Source: an uncultured virus (IMG/VR IMGVR_UViG_3300025879_001642) (taxonomy: Duplodnaviria > Heunggongvirae > Uroviricota > Caudoviricetes). From it: DNA of 64,000 nt. Shown piece by piece: positions 26,559 through 37,521 of this stretch. The notes beneath the pieces are model-generated. The model had not been told where the DNA came from. It made no database searches and saw only the letters and a program-made list of their open reading frames with translations. The DNA is taken from IMG/VR virus record IMGVR_UViG_3300025879_001642. One strand, written 5' to 3'. Numbering within the stretch: the stretch's first letter is position 1; the number at the start of each line of letters is the position of its first letter. The position numbers were made by a program, and so were the translations under genes.

Positions 26559-29500
26559 TTACGCTGAAAATTCAACTTTCAATTTGTATAAATCTTTTCT
26601 TTCAGCGTGTACGATGTAGTAAGCATTTACTTCACCTTCCGCAGAAACTTCAACCTTATTGTCAGCGACTGAAGAAACATAGTGTTGTGTTGGTTTACCG
26701 AACGGTGTTAATTGAACCGTGATAGTGTCCTCGTCAACAAGACCAGTCCAATAATCAGGTAATTCAATTACTCCGTCACCCGTAACTTTACCTCTTACAT
26801 AAACTCCGTGTTCTGGTCCCTCTAAGTTACCATACTGAAGTTTCATATTTGGTTTAGTTGGGTGGTCAATTAAGAACGATTTACTCTGTGCTCTTAACTC
26901 ACCCATAATCTCAACATCTTGGTTAATCATTAATGCTCCACCAATATCTGTTAATCTATTTTGACCAACAAATACATTAGTTGCCACAACATGAGTTGCA
27001 GTTACATCATTAAACCTTACGTTATCGGTTGTTCTTAGATTTTGGTTCATTAAGTGAACTTCAGTTGCTCCTTGACCCGTATTAACAGTACTAAACGTTA
27101 CCGCTGAGTTTGTTTTTACGTGTTGGTTCATTGTGTCCGCGTAACCATTATCTGTAAACCTACCATCTAAATCAATATTGATATCAGATAAAGAACCTGA
27201 CCTTCCTATTGTTAATACCCCGTTTGCGGTATTGAAAGATGCTCCGTCAACGTAGTTGTTGTTATCTACAGTATCAACTAAGTATCTACCATCTAAATCG
27301 ATTGTTAAATCTGATAAAGAACCTGTTCTACCGATAGTTAATTGACCATTAGTTGTATTGAATGCCACTGAATCTGCGTAGTTATCAGTATCCGTGTCAA
27401 TAGCAAATCCTGAAACCGCCACACTATCACCATCTGACTTAGTCAGTGTTAATGTTTGTGTTCCTGAATTGTATGTACCACCTGTTACTGTAACATCCGT
27501 CGTTAATGACGATAAGTTAACATTGTAAGATTCATTTGTACCACCAACTGTTAATGTTGTACCGTTAAGTGATGCTCCAGCTAAACCGTTTACATCTTCA
27601 ATTTCAATAGATAACTGACCGTCAGACGCGATTCTCGCAGTCTCTTCAGCCGCTATTCTATTTGTTAATGAAGTGTCAGCGGTTCCTCTAACAGACTCTT
27701 CATTACCTACCCTAGTGTGTAATGAAGTTACTTCTCCATTTGTTACACCTATCTCAGTAGACAATCCTGTTGAGATTGTACCTACTCTCGTATGTAATGA
27801 ATTATCTTTTACTAATCTCGTAGACTCTTCTTTAGAAATTCTCACTTCTAATGAACCGTCGGCAGAACCTGCAGAACCTTCTACGTTATTAATTCTCGAG
27901 TGTAACTGTACAATATCAGCATCTGTAGTATCAATCTCAGTAGATAATGCTGACGATACTTGTGCGAATCTATTATGTAATGATGTTTCACCCGCACTAT
28001 ATGCGTTTGATACATTCACTACGTTATTAGCGATTGAATTATCTTTCACTAATCTCGTAGACTCTTCTTTAGAAATTCTAGTATGTAATGAAGTTACTTC
28101 ACCATTTGTTGTACCAATTTCGTTACCGATTCTAGTATTTAATGAATTTACCTCACCATTTGTAGTATTAATTTCTGAAGATAAAGCTGCAGATACATTA
28201 CCTAATCCTGTAGATACTGCTCCTAATCCACCTTCAATAACATCAACTCTTTCGTTGATTGACGTATCGTCATAACCTGATTGCTCAATGTTCTGTACTC
28301 TAACGTTTAATGCGTTAATTTCAGTGTCTGTAGTGTTAATCTCGTCGAATAAATCTTTAGAAACTTCTCCGATAAGACCTATAACATCGTCAATCGCATC
28401 TTCTCTATTACCTTCCTCGTTAGCGATTCTTGTAGTTAATGAAGTATCAGCCGACGCTCTAACACCAGCCTCAGTACCTACTGCTGAAGATACATTTCCT
28501 ACCTTAGTAGTTAATGAGTCATCTCCTGCTTTGATAGCCACAGAAACTGCTACAGATGTAGCGTATGGATTAAGTGCTGAAGTTAATTCTCCACTCGTAG
28601 TGAACGTTCCTAAATTAACAGAAACAACCCCACCTTTTACTCTATTTAATTTTAATACTTGATTAGTTAACGATGCTCCCGATACATAATCTTCGTTATC
28701 GATAGCGTAATCAATTTTAGTATTTAACGATAAGTCACCAGCAATTCTTGCCGTAGCTTCATCACCTACTTCACTAGCCACCTGAGACGATACATCTGAT
28801 GATGTTGCGTATGGTGCTAATGCCGCAGTTACTTCACTTGCAGTTTGGTATTGACCTAAGTTAACCGATACGTTTCCGTTCTGTCTCGTTAATGTTAATA
28901 CGTCACCTGTGATAGATGCTCCTGTGATAAAGTTATCAGTATCTGTATCATCTTTGAATTGAGATAAGTCAACTGAAACAACACCACCAAGTGCTCTTGT
29001 TAATTCAAGTACGTCTCCGTCCATAGAAGCAGAAGATACATAATCTTCACTTCCAATTCTTGAAGAAGCTTCCGCACTAATCTGAGCCGCTAATGCCGCG
29101 TCCTGTGCGTCAACATATGATGTGTTCGCTTTCGGTGCAATTGCTGAAGCTAATTCTCCTGATGTTACAAAACCTGCTAACGATACCGATAATGGTGCTA
29201 AACCTTGTCTCGATAAGATTAAATCTTGTCCTGACATTGCCGCTCCTGTGATAAAGTTATCACCATCAACATCAACGTAGAAGTCAGATACCACTACTGT
29301 GTAACCATCAGACTTAGTTAATGTTAATTCACCCGTTGCTGAGTCGTAAGAACCTGAAGATACGTTTACGTCAGTCGCTAATGAACTTAAATCAACCGTG
29401 TAAGATTCTTCAGAACCTGAAACTGTTAATACGTTCGCTGCGAATGATGCTCCGTCTAATTCATTATGTGATGCAATATCACCGTCCATACTATCAAGTC

Positions 29501-32500
29501 TTGCAGTGATTGAAGCATCCTGTGCGTCAACATATACTGTATTCGCTTTCGGTGCGATTGCCGTACCTACATACGATTCAGTTGCGTAACCCGCGATTGC
29601 TGAATTGATTTGTGACGTTACTTCAGAAGCCGTTTGGTACTGACCTAAGTCTACCGTTACGTCTCCGTTTTGTCTTGATAAAGTTAATGTATCACCTGAG
29701 ATAGATGCTCCTGTTACGAAGTTATCCGTATCTGTGTCATCTTTAAATTGTGATAAGTCAACTGATACTAAACCACCCTTAGCTCTCGTAAGTTCTAAAG
29801 TGTCTCCGTCCATAGTTGCAGATACTACGAAGTCTTCTGACTCGATTCTACCACTTACTTCCGCAGAAATAGCAGATTCTAATGACGCGTCAGCCGCAAT
29901 TCTTGCAGTCTCTTCGTTTGTTAAACCTGACTCAGTTCCACCAACTCTAATGTTAATTGATGTATCATCATATGCTGAAGCTTCAACATTGTTCACTCTC
30001 GTATGTAATGAAGTAACTTCATCATTCGTAGTTGTGATTTCAGCTCCTAAAGCAGTTGATACACCGTTTATTTTTGTGTCTAATGATAAATCACCAGCAC
30101 TTCTTGCTGAACTCTCATCTCCAATTTTAGTTGTTAATGAACCTACCTCAACACCTGTTGTTGCAATTTCACTCGATAAATCAGAAGCTACGTCCGCAAT
30201 TTTATTTGATAAAGATAAATCAGCAGTTGAATAAGCAGTACCTACAGTGTTAAACCTGGTATTGATTGAACCTACTTCAATATCTGTTGTGCTAATCTCA
30301 TTTGATAAATCACCTGAAACAGATGCGATTACAAGACCTAAAGAATTATCTTTAGATACTCTTACACCTTCTTCTGTTGAAACTCTCGTAGTTAATGAGT
30401 TAACATCTATATTTGTTTGTGCGATTTCAGTAGATAAATTAGCTTCAACAACATCAACTCTATCGTTTAATTGTCCTTCCGCTACAACTCTATCTGAAAC
30501 CTCCGTTGAAATCTTACCGTCTAATACAACGTCTGCAGATATTCTGTCAGCAATTTCAGCGTCTATTTTATTATCGATTACTGTGTCATCGTATGCTCCT
30601 TGTTCGATATTACCTAAACGTGTATCGATAGAAGTAACTTCACCGTCAACTAAATCTTCAGCTAATGATACTCTCGTAGTTAATGAACCTGATTTACTCT
30701 CTTCAGCAGTTAATCTTGTTTTAATACCATTAACTTCACCATCTAATAATGAATCTTTAGCTAATCTCGTTGAAGCTTCACTAACAACCGCATTACTTAC
30801 AGAAGTAACAACACCATTAGTGTTTGTTATCTTAGTATTTAATGAACTATCAGCAGTCGCTCTGTTAACCTCCTCAGATGAAACTCTGTTGTGAAGTGAA
30901 ACGTCTTTTGCCGTTAATGAAGTATCAGCATCTTCTCTAGCACCTTCTTCAACACCAACTCTACTATTTAATGCAGTGATTTCACCACCTGTAGTGTTGA
31001 TTTCTGAAGCTAACGCCGTTGAGATGTTACCAATCTTATTACTTAATGAACCGTCAGCTAAAACTCTTGATGATGCTTCGTTAGAAATCTCAGAATCTAA
31101 ACTATCTTCAACACCACTAACTCTAATGTTAATTGATGTATCACTGTAAGCCGCATTGTCTAAAGAAACAACAGAAGATAATCTTACTGATTCTTCAGCC
31201 GCAATTCTATTAGTTAATGTGTCATCAGCAGTTTCTCTGTTAGCTTGTTCTAATGATAATGAATCCCCTAATTGAGCGATTTCTGTATCTATTGAAATAT
31301 CAGCAGAAACTCTATCAGCAACTTCATCAGAAATTAAGACTCCGTTTGCAATATCACCTTGTGTTCTGTAAACTTCTTCGTTAGAAATTCTCTCACCAAT
31401 CGATGCTTGGTTTGTTAAGATACTTGAAATATCACCATCATTATTTTCTAATTCAGTCTGTAACTCTTTTAACGTATCGTATGCTTCACCAGCACCGTTA
31501 ACTACACCGTCAATCGCATCTGCAATCGCAGCCTCTCTAACAGACGCTTCAATACTTACTTTAGAATCTATTTTAGAATCTAACGTGTTTAAAGAACCAC
31601 TAACTTCAACTAATCTATCATCAACTGATTCTACTCCGTCTTCTACGTTACTTACTCTAGTTACGATTGATGATGTATCACCACCTGTCGCAGCTTCTAA
31701 AGAGTCAATTCTTGAATCTAATTCATTGTCAGCAGCAATTCTACTACCTTCCTCTGAAGAAATCTGACCTTCTAAATCTTCAATAGATAAGTTAGTCTCT
31801 GATAAGTTGTCACCAATTACAGTTGCCAATGATTGGTCAGCTGCGAATCTTAATGAACCTTGTGCTGAAATTTCAATAGATAATTGGTTGTCTTTTGAAT
31901 CTGTATAAGACTCTAAATCACCAATCTTAGTAGCTAATGATGCATCAGCCGATTCTAATGTTGAAACCTCAGTATCAATTTTAGTGTTTAATGTATTATC
32001 ACCTAAAGTTCTAGCGTTTACTTCGTTTGTTAATTGACCACCTAATAATGTGATATCGTTTGATAACGTACCAACTTCAGAATCAATCTTAGAATCTAAA
32101 GAATCGTCAGCAACTACTCTTGTTGATGCTTCACCAACAATTTTAGTATCTAATGATGAATCTCCAGTTAATGATGTAGTAATCGCAGAGTTTAATTTAG
32201 CCGTTAATGATTCATCAGCAGTTGATAAATCAGAAGAAATTAAACCATCAACTAATGTTAATGATAAATCTTTAGCCGCTCTTAATGATTCTTCATCTGA
32301 AACTCTCGTCTCTAAAGATGCTGAGAAATCTTCTGAATCCCCAACTCTTTCGTTGATACTTGAATCGTTATATGCCGCAGCTTCTAACTCACTAATTTTA
32401 GTTTCTAATGAACCATCAGCAGTAACTCTTAATGCTGACTCCTCACCAATCTTAGTCTCTAATGAATCATCACCGTCAACTCTTAATGCTGATTCTACAC

Positions 32501-33311
32501 TAATCTTACTATCTAAAGTATCGTCAGCGTCAACTCTTGCAGCTGATTCAACACCAATTGCAGTATCAATAGATGCTACATCACCTGTTAATTGAGTGTC
32601 TAAGTCAGATATTAAACCTGATTTTGATACTTCTTCTAATGATAATCTTGTTTCAACTGAAACAACATCACCCTCAATTACTAAAGCTCTGTCATCTACT
32701 GAATCGATATCAGCAGTTACTTCACCTGTAATTTCATTTGTTAATGATGTGATTGCCGTTTCTCTAACTACTTCTTCAGTCGAGACTCTCGTCGCTAATG
32801 AACTTACTTCGAAGTTAGTCGTACTAATCTCATCACTTAGTTGTGTCGACACCCCTGTAGATACCTGACCAACTAATGTCGCTAACGAATCATCCGCAGA
32901 TAATCTCGTCGCCGCCTCTTCAGTAACTCTTTGAGCAACTGAATTAATCTCGGAAATAATATTCGCTTCTGTAATAGTACCGTCTCCAATTTTAGTTGCG
33001 ATTTCAACTAATGTATCCAAAGCAGCAGGTGCACCATCAACTAAGTTGGTGATTGCTAATTGAACATCATTAGACATTTTGGTTACTAACGAAGAGTCTC
33101 CAGCAACTCTTGCAGTTTCTTCTACCGCTACACGCTCTATTAATGACGTTAAACCTTCAATTGTAAGGTTCGAACCGTCACCATAAAACACATCAGCAGA
33201 TACCGAACCTGCAAAGATTTCATCTAAAGGATTCGTTGGTGTACCAAAATCGACTTCACGACCTTTTGGGTCAGTATTAAGTTGGAATAATCCTAATTGT
33301 CTTAATGCCAT
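26559..33311 (-). CDS. very long fibre protein (coiled-coil repeats, beta-rich modules, C-terminal KSF-x-IDHP domain)
   Basis: 2250 aa; E..R...D.SL repeats; GAPAALDTLVEIA and GAGEAYDTLKEL motifs; DLDGR modules; AQSKSFLIDHP...LEGPE..VYVRG. Confidence 0.85.
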   Translation of the reverse strand: MALRQLGLFQLNTDPKGREVDFGTPTNPLDEIFAGSVSADVFYGDGSNLTIEGLTSLIERVAVEETARVAGDSSLVTKMSNDVQLAITNLVDGAPAALDTLVEIATKIGDGTITEANIISEINSVAQRVTEEAATRLSADDSLATLVGQVSTGVSTQLSDEISTTNFEVSSLATRVSTEEVVRETAITSLTNEITGEVTADIDSVDDRALVIEGDVVSVETRLSLEEVSKSGLISDLDTQLTGDVASIDTAIGVESAARVDADDTLDSKISVESALRVDGDDSLETKIGEESALRVTADGSLETKISELEAAAYNDSSINERVGDSEDFSASLETRVSDEESLRAAKDLSLTLVDGLISSDLSTADESLTAKLNSAITTSLTGDSSLDTKIVGEASTRVVADDSLDSKIDSEVGTLSNDITLLGGQLTNEVNARTLGDNTLNTKIDTEVSTLESADASLATKIGDLESYTDSKDNQLSIEISAQGSLRFAADQSLATVIGDNLSETNLSIEDLEGQISSEEGSRIAADNELDSRIDSLEAATGGDTSSIVTRVSNVEDGVESVDDRLVEVSGSLNTLDSKIDSKVSIEASVREAAIADAIDGVVNGAGEAYDTLKELQTELENNDGDISSILTNQASIGERISNEEVYRTQGDIANGVLISDEVADRVSADISIDTEIAQLGDSLSLEQANRETADDTLTNRIAAEESVRLSSVVSLDNAAYSDTSINIRVSGVEDSLDSEISNEASSRVLADGSLSNKIGNISTALASEINTTGGEITALNSRVGVEEGAREDADTSLTAKDVSLHNRVSSEEVNRATADSSLNTKITNTNGVVTSVSNAVVSEASTRLAKDSLLDGEVNGIKTRLTAEESKSGSLTTRVSLAEDLVDGEVTSIDTRLGNIEQGAYDDTVIDNKIDAEIADRISADVVLDGKISTEVSDRVVAEGQLNDRVDVVEANLSTEIAQTNIDVNSLTTRVSTEEGVRVSKDNSLGLVIASVSGDLSNEISTTDIEVGSINTRFNTVGTAYSTADLSLSNKIADVASDLSSEIATTGVEVGSLTTKIGDESSARSAGDLSLDTKINGVSTALGAEITTTNDEVTSLHTRVNNVEASAYDDTSINIRVGGTESGLTNEETARIAADASLESAISAEVSGRIESEDFVVSATMDGDTLELTRAKGGLVSVDLSQFKDDTDTDNFVTGASISGDTLTLSRQNGDVTVDLGQYQTASEVTSQINSAIAGYATESYVGTAIAPKANTVYVDAQDASITARLDSMDGDIASHNELDGASFAANVLTVSGSEESYTVDLSSLATDVNVSSGSYDSATGELTLTKSDGYTVVVSDFYVDVDGDNFITGAAMSGQDLILSRQGLAPLSVSLAGFVTSGELASAIAPKANTSYVDAQDAALAAQISAEASSRIGSEDYVSSASMDGDVLELTRALGGVVSVDLSQFKDDTDTDNFITGASITGDVLTLTRQNGNVSVNLGQYQTASEVTAALAPYATSSDVSSQVASEVGDEATARIAGDLSLNTKIDYAIDNEDYVSGASLTNQVLKLNRVKGGVVSVNLGTFTTSGELTSALNPYATSVAVSVAIKAGDDSLTTKVGNVSSAVGTEAGVRASADTSLTTRIANEEGNREDAIDDVIGLIGEVSKDLFDEINTTDTEINALNVRVQNIEQSGYDDTSINERVDVIEGGLGAVSTGLGNVSAALSSEINTTNGEVNSLNTRIGNEIGTTNGEVTSLHTRISKEESTRLVKDNSIANNVVNVSNAYSAGETSLHNRFAQVSSALSTEIDTTDADIVQLHSRINNVEGSAGSADGSLEVRISKEESTRLVKDNSLHTRVGTISTGLSTEIGVTNGEVTSLHTRVGNEESVRGTADTSLTNRIAAEETARIASDGQLSIEIEDVNGLAGASLNGTTLTVGGTNESYNVNLSSLTTDVTVTGGTYNSGTQTLTLTKSDGDSVAVSGFAIDTDTDNYADSVAFNTTNGQLTIGRTGSLSDLTIDLDGRYLVDTVDNNNYVDGASFNTANGVLTIGRSGSLSDINIDLDGRFTDNGYADTMNQHVKTNSAVTFSTVNTGQGATEVHLMNQNLRTTDNVRFNDVTATHVVATNVFVGQNRLTDIGGALMINQDVEIMGELRAQSKSFLIDHPTKPNMKLQYGNLEGPEHGVYVRGKVTGDGVIELPDYWTGLVDEDTITVQLTPFGKPTQHYVSSVADNKVEVSAEGEVNAYYIVHAERKDLYKLKVEFSA
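28840..29880 (-). repeat. internal duplicated modules in the long fibre gene
   Basis: SEDxVxSAxMDGDxLELTRAxGGxVSVDLSQFKDDTDTDNF...LGQYQTASEVT occurs twice (about 789 nt apart); APKANTxYVDAQDA also twice. Confidence 0.8.
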
Positions 33312-33379
33312 TTTGTAATGTTTATTTTACTTTATTTATTTCTGTTTTCACAGATTATTGTTGATTTCTCAACGGGTAT

Positions 33380-34810
33380 TTATATCAACGCACCTAAATC
33401 TCCATTCATTTGGTCACGGAATTCAAAATATGTACCTATATATAGGTCTGACTCCGCTTGCCATGATGGTCTATCGAATGCTACGTTAGATACAGAAATA
33501 TCACCTAAGTTGTTGATAGTCGCTGAACCTGTAACCGCACCGTCTAAAACGATTTGTTGTGTTTTGTTTATTACTGTTGATGAGTCAATCTCACCATCAA
33601 ATTTCCATTTGTTTCCATCAAATAAGATAGACGCTAATGGTAAGTTTTCATCACCTATTTTAACTCCTGCTGGCGATGCTAATAATTCTTCATTAGTCGC
33701 TCCTGAACCTACAACAATTGCTTTATCCTCAATAGTAACCTCTGTTGAGTTAACAGTAAAGGTTTCACCCGTAACATATAAGTTACCTTCAACCGTTACC
33801 GCTCCGTTACCTTCAGAAATTAATGAATCAGTTACTGATAAACCGTCATCACCAAACTTTGCTAATCTATTTGTAGTACCTGATACTGATGAATCACCAG
33901 TGTTGTAATATAATACTGCAATTTCAGAGCCATTACTTGGTACACCCGCAAAATTAATTGTCTGTCCGTTAGTTGAGTAGTTTTCATTCATTAACTGAAC
34001 TAAACCATTTATCTCAACATAAACAACCTGAGATAAATTCTCAGAAACTGTTACAGAATCTAATGAACCATCAGCAACAAATTTTTGATATCTTAATACT
34101 GGTTTAGAACCACCATAGAAATAAGTAATCTGTACTGTATCACCTTCAATCGGTGCTTCATTAAATGTTATTGTCTTTTCATACTCAACGTGAGTAAATG
34201 CATCATCTTTTTCTTGCACTAATCCGTTCACATCCACCATAACTAAAGAAGTCATAGTTTTTGATACGACAAACTCAGTAGTCGCCCCGTCACCAATAAA
34301 GGTTTCGTGATATACTAATGGTTTTGCTTCACCTGATTGAATTGGTACACCTGACTGGTATATCTGACCTGATAAATGTAGGTCGTTATATTGTTTCTCT
34401 GATGCTCCTAAGTCCTTTGTAGAATCTACACTAGGAATTAAGTTAGAAGTTAATTCTGATACGTCTAAAGTCCCTACCTCAACACCAGCGAATGTTGGTG
34501 CGTCAGCAATAGCAACTCCTTGGTCCATTACATCTGCGAATTCATTGTCGGTAAATCTACCGTCTAAATCTACAGTTACAGTTGAACCATCACCCTTTGT
34601 TAACGTAAAAATTCCATCAGTTATGTCAAATGAAAGATTTGAAACTGTGGAATCTGATAACAAACCGTCGATTTCGGTTTCTGTGTAGTACCTCGTATCT
34701 AATGAACCTCCGTTGATGTCAGCCACATCTTGTGTGTGTGTATTTACCTTACCGATAATTGTATTCAATTTCGACGCGATAATTTGTGCTAAATCTTGGT
34801 ATTGTGTCAT
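33380..34810 (-). CDS. fibre/baseplate-associated structural protein
   Basis: DLDGRFTDN module shared with the 2250-aa protein; two F.GDG...V.VNGLVQ...I.F...P..G repeats; TVNSTEVTIED. Confidence 0.75.
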   Translation of the reverse strand: MTQYQDLAQIIASKLNTIIGKVNTHTQDVADINGGSLDTRYYTETEIDGLLSDSTVSNLSFDITDGIFTLTKGDGSTVTVDLDGRFTDNEFADVMDQGVAIADAPTFAGVEVGTLDVSELTSNLIPSVDSTKDLGASEKQYNDLHLSGQIYQSGVPIQSGEAKPLVYHETFIGDGATTEFVVSKTMTSLVMVDVNGLVQEKDDAFTHVEYEKTITFNEAPIEGDTVQITYFYGGSKPVLRYQKFVADGSLDSVTVSENLSQVVYVEINGLVQLMNENYSTNGQTINFAGVPSNGSEIAVLYYNTGDSSVSGTTNRLAKFGDDGLSVTDSLISEGNGAVTVEGNLYVTGETFTVNSTEVTIEDKAIVVGSGATNEELLASPAGVKIGDENLPLASILFDGNKWKFDGEIDSSTVINKTQQIVLDGAVTGSATINNLGDISVSNVAFDRPSWQAESDLYIGTYFEFRDQMNGDLGALI

Positions 34811-34845
34811 TATAAAATGTTTTTTTTTATTGGTTTATATAAGAA

Positions 34846-34868
34846 GGGGGAGAGATATCCCCTCCCCC
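34846..34868 (-). terminator. GC-rich hairpin; weak terminator or attenuator
   Basis: Minus strand GGGGGAGGGG-ATA-TCTCTCCCCC followed by an interrupted TTCTTAT tail. Confidence 0.6.
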
Positions 34869-34891
34869 AATTTTTTTAATTATAAACTATC

Positions 34892-37408
34892 TTAGTTTAA
34901 TGCTATTAAATTAGCGTTTAACGTAGTTTCAAACTCATTTACAGTTCCTTGGAATGCAATGTGGTTAGCTAAAGCTACCTCGTCTAAACCAACTCTTTCT
35001 TCTAATGAAGTTAAGTCACCGTTAATTGCTGCGTCAGCATTAGCTCTAGCAACCTCTTCAGTTGAGATTCTCGTAGTTAATACTGTATCAGCCGCTCCTC
35101 TTGCGTCAGCCTCTTCTTCAATTAATGCTTGTAAAGATGCATCACCTGCACTTAATACAACACCAATAGAAGCGTCTTTCTGAATTCTCGTAGCAGACTC
35201 ACCGTCTAATCTAGTAGATAATACTGTATCAACAGATGCTCTTGCAACTTCTTCGTTAGATACTCTTGTATTGATTGATACGAAATCATCACCCGCTTTA
35301 GAATCTAATGATTCAACCGCTGAAGCTCTTACTGATTCCTCAGTTGAGATTCTTGAAGTTAATGTAGCATCACCTGCGATTCTTGCTTCAGCCTCTAAAG
35401 AGATACTTTCAGCTAATGAACCTTCAGCAACTTGTCTACCTTCGATTTCAACATCGATTTTAGCATCTAATACACCGTCAGCGTTAGCTCTTACAACTTC
35501 TTCAGTTGAAAGTCTTGAAGTTAATGAACCGTCAGCAGAAATCATTGCCGCTGATAATGAATTATCTTTAGCTAATCTCGTAGACTCTTCACCTGATAAT
35601 CTTGTCGTTAACGACATGTCAGCAGATGCTGATGTAGACTCTTCACCAGATAATCTAGTTTCTAATGAACCGTCAGCAGAATTTAATGTGTCAACCGCCT
35701 CAATGAACTCTTGGTGGTTACTCTCAACTAATTCAGCGATTGCCGTGTCAGCAGATGCTGATGTAGACTCTTCAGTCGATAATCTTGTCTCTAATGAATC
35801 AACACCGTCTAATTGGTTTTCTTCTAAAGTAGATACTCTAGCGTCAATTGAACCATCAGCAGATACATAAGCATTTACGATAGACGTGTCAGCAGCACCT
35901 AAACCAGCGATTTGGTTTACGAAAGTCGCTTGTAACGTGTTATCAGCAGCTAATTCATCAGCGATTTCTTTTAATGTATCAAACGCTTCAGGTGCACCGT
36001 TAATTAAACCGTTTACCGCTACGTCAATAGCATTGTCTCTGTTTACAACCTCGTTAGAGATTTCAACAGATAATTTGTTAGTGATTGAGATATCAGTTGA
36101 TTCAACTGAAGATACAACACCTGAGATTCTAGAGTTTAAAGAAACTTTAGCATCTACTAACGCTCCTTCGTCAGCTAATACTCTCTCGTCAATAGATACG
36201 AAATCTTGACCCGCTTTAGCGTCTAATGAAACAACAGAAGATAATCTTACTGATTCCTCAGTTGATACTCTTACGTCTACAGACTCTACCTCAGCAGACA
36301 TGTAGTCTTGTAATGAGTTAGTTAAAGAAACTGTAGCTTCTTCTTCCTCACCTAATCTTGTTTGTAATGAACCTTCGATTGCAACTGCTCTCTCGAATTC
36401 AGCATTGATTTTACCGTCTAATACTTCCTCAGCACCTTCAGCTCTTAAAGTCTCGATTGAAACCTTAGCGTCTAATGCGATAACGTCAGAGTTAGTTGAA
36501 GAAATCTCAGTACTTAAAGCCTCGTCTAATGCGTCAAACGCATTTCCTCTCGCCACTTCTTCAGCAGAAATTCTGTTAGTTAATGAACCATCAGCAGAAA
36601 CGTAAGCCGTTACGATTGATGCGTCCTTGTTAGCAGATAATACTTCTTCGTTTGATAATCTAGTTTCGATTGAACCTACACCACCAGCTAATTGAGCATC
36701 TACTGATTCGATAGCAGAAACTCTATCAGAAACCTCTGTAGAAATTTTACCATCTAATACAACATCAGCCGCAGTATAAGCAGTAACGATTGAAGCGTCT
36801 TTATTAGCTCTGATTGTAGCTTCTTCTTGAATCGAAGCGTTTAAAGCGATATCGCCTTCGTTACTTGCAGATTCTACTTCACCAATTTTAGTCGCTAAAG
36901 ATGCGTCAGCAGCAAATCTTGTAGATGCTTCTGATGAAATCTTAGTCGCTAATGAAGCGTCTTTTTGTGTGAACGCAGTTTCTACTGAGTTTACTTTGTT
37001 TGTCATTGCAACAGTTACAGAAGCGTCTCCTGAAACTCTTGATGACTCCTCCGCTGAAATTCTTGTGTCAGCCGAAGTTAATTTTGCACTTACTGATTGA
37101 GATGCCGCTAAATCCGCTGCCGCTCTATCAGATACCTCTACAGATAGTTTTGAAGCTAATGAATTGTCCCCTACTAAACGAGTTGACTCTTCCGCTGAAA
37201 CTCTTACCTCTAAAGAAGTTGCCGCTGAATTGTTATCAACGATTAAGTCTACGATAGAATTATCAGCAGAAAGTCTTGTTGACTCTTCGTTTGAAACTCT
37301 AGTGACTAATGATGTCCTACCAGTGGTGTTGGTGTTTACCTTACCAATGATTAGATTTAACTTACCCGCAATAAGTGATGCTAAATCTTGAAATTGAGTG
37401 TTTGCCAT
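34892..37408 (-). CDS. coiled-coil fibre protein
   Basis: 838 aa of R.S.EE..R...D.SL repeats; GAPEAFDTLKEIA; TATTTATA at 37445-37452. Confidence 0.85.
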   Translation of the reverse strand: MANTQFQDLASLIAGKLNLIIGKVNTNTTGRTSLVTRVSNEESTRLSADNSIVDLIVDNNSAATSLEVRVSAEESTRLVGDNSLASKLSVEVSDRAAADLAASQSVSAKLTSADTRISAEESSRVSGDASVTVAMTNKVNSVETAFTQKDASLATKISSEASTRFAADASLATKIGEVESASNEGDIALNASIQEEATIRANKDASIVTAYTAADVVLDGKISTEVSDRVSAIESVDAQLAGGVGSIETRLSNEEVLSANKDASIVTAYVSADGSLTNRISAEEVARGNAFDALDEALSTEISSTNSDVIALDAKVSIETLRAEGAEEVLDGKINAEFERAVAIEGSLQTRLGEEEEATVSLTNSLQDYMSAEVESVDVRVSTEESVRLSSVVSLDAKAGQDFVSIDERVLADEGALVDAKVSLNSRISGVVSSVESTDISITNKLSVEISNEVVNRDNAIDVAVNGLINGAPEAFDTLKEIADELAADNTLQATFVNQIAGLGAADTSIVNAYVSADGSIDARVSTLEENQLDGVDSLETRLSTEESTSASADTAIAELVESNHQEFIEAVDTLNSADGSLETRLSGEESTSASADMSLTTRLSGEESTRLAKDNSLSAAMISADGSLTSRLSTEEVVRANADGVLDAKIDVEIEGRQVAEGSLAESISLEAEARIAGDATLTSRISTEESVRASAVESLDSKAGDDFVSINTRVSNEEVARASVDTVLSTRLDGESATRIQKDASIGVVLSAGDASLQALIEEEADARGAADTVLTTRISTEEVARANADAAINGDLTSLEERVGLDEVALANHIAFQGTVNEFETTLNANLIALN

Positions 37409-37521
37409 TTGTTTTTTTTTAAATTAATGGTTTATTATTGTTATTATAAATACTACGAAAATGTAGTAATTATTCTTTAAATGAAAAATAAGTTTGTATT
37501 TATGAAACTTTTTTTTCTATA

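Noticed and set aside
27673..37391. Long plus-strand Ser/Leu-rich ORFs (including 33318..33908) opposite the fibre genes
   Set aside because: Antisense shadows caused by codon bias of the real minus-strand genes.
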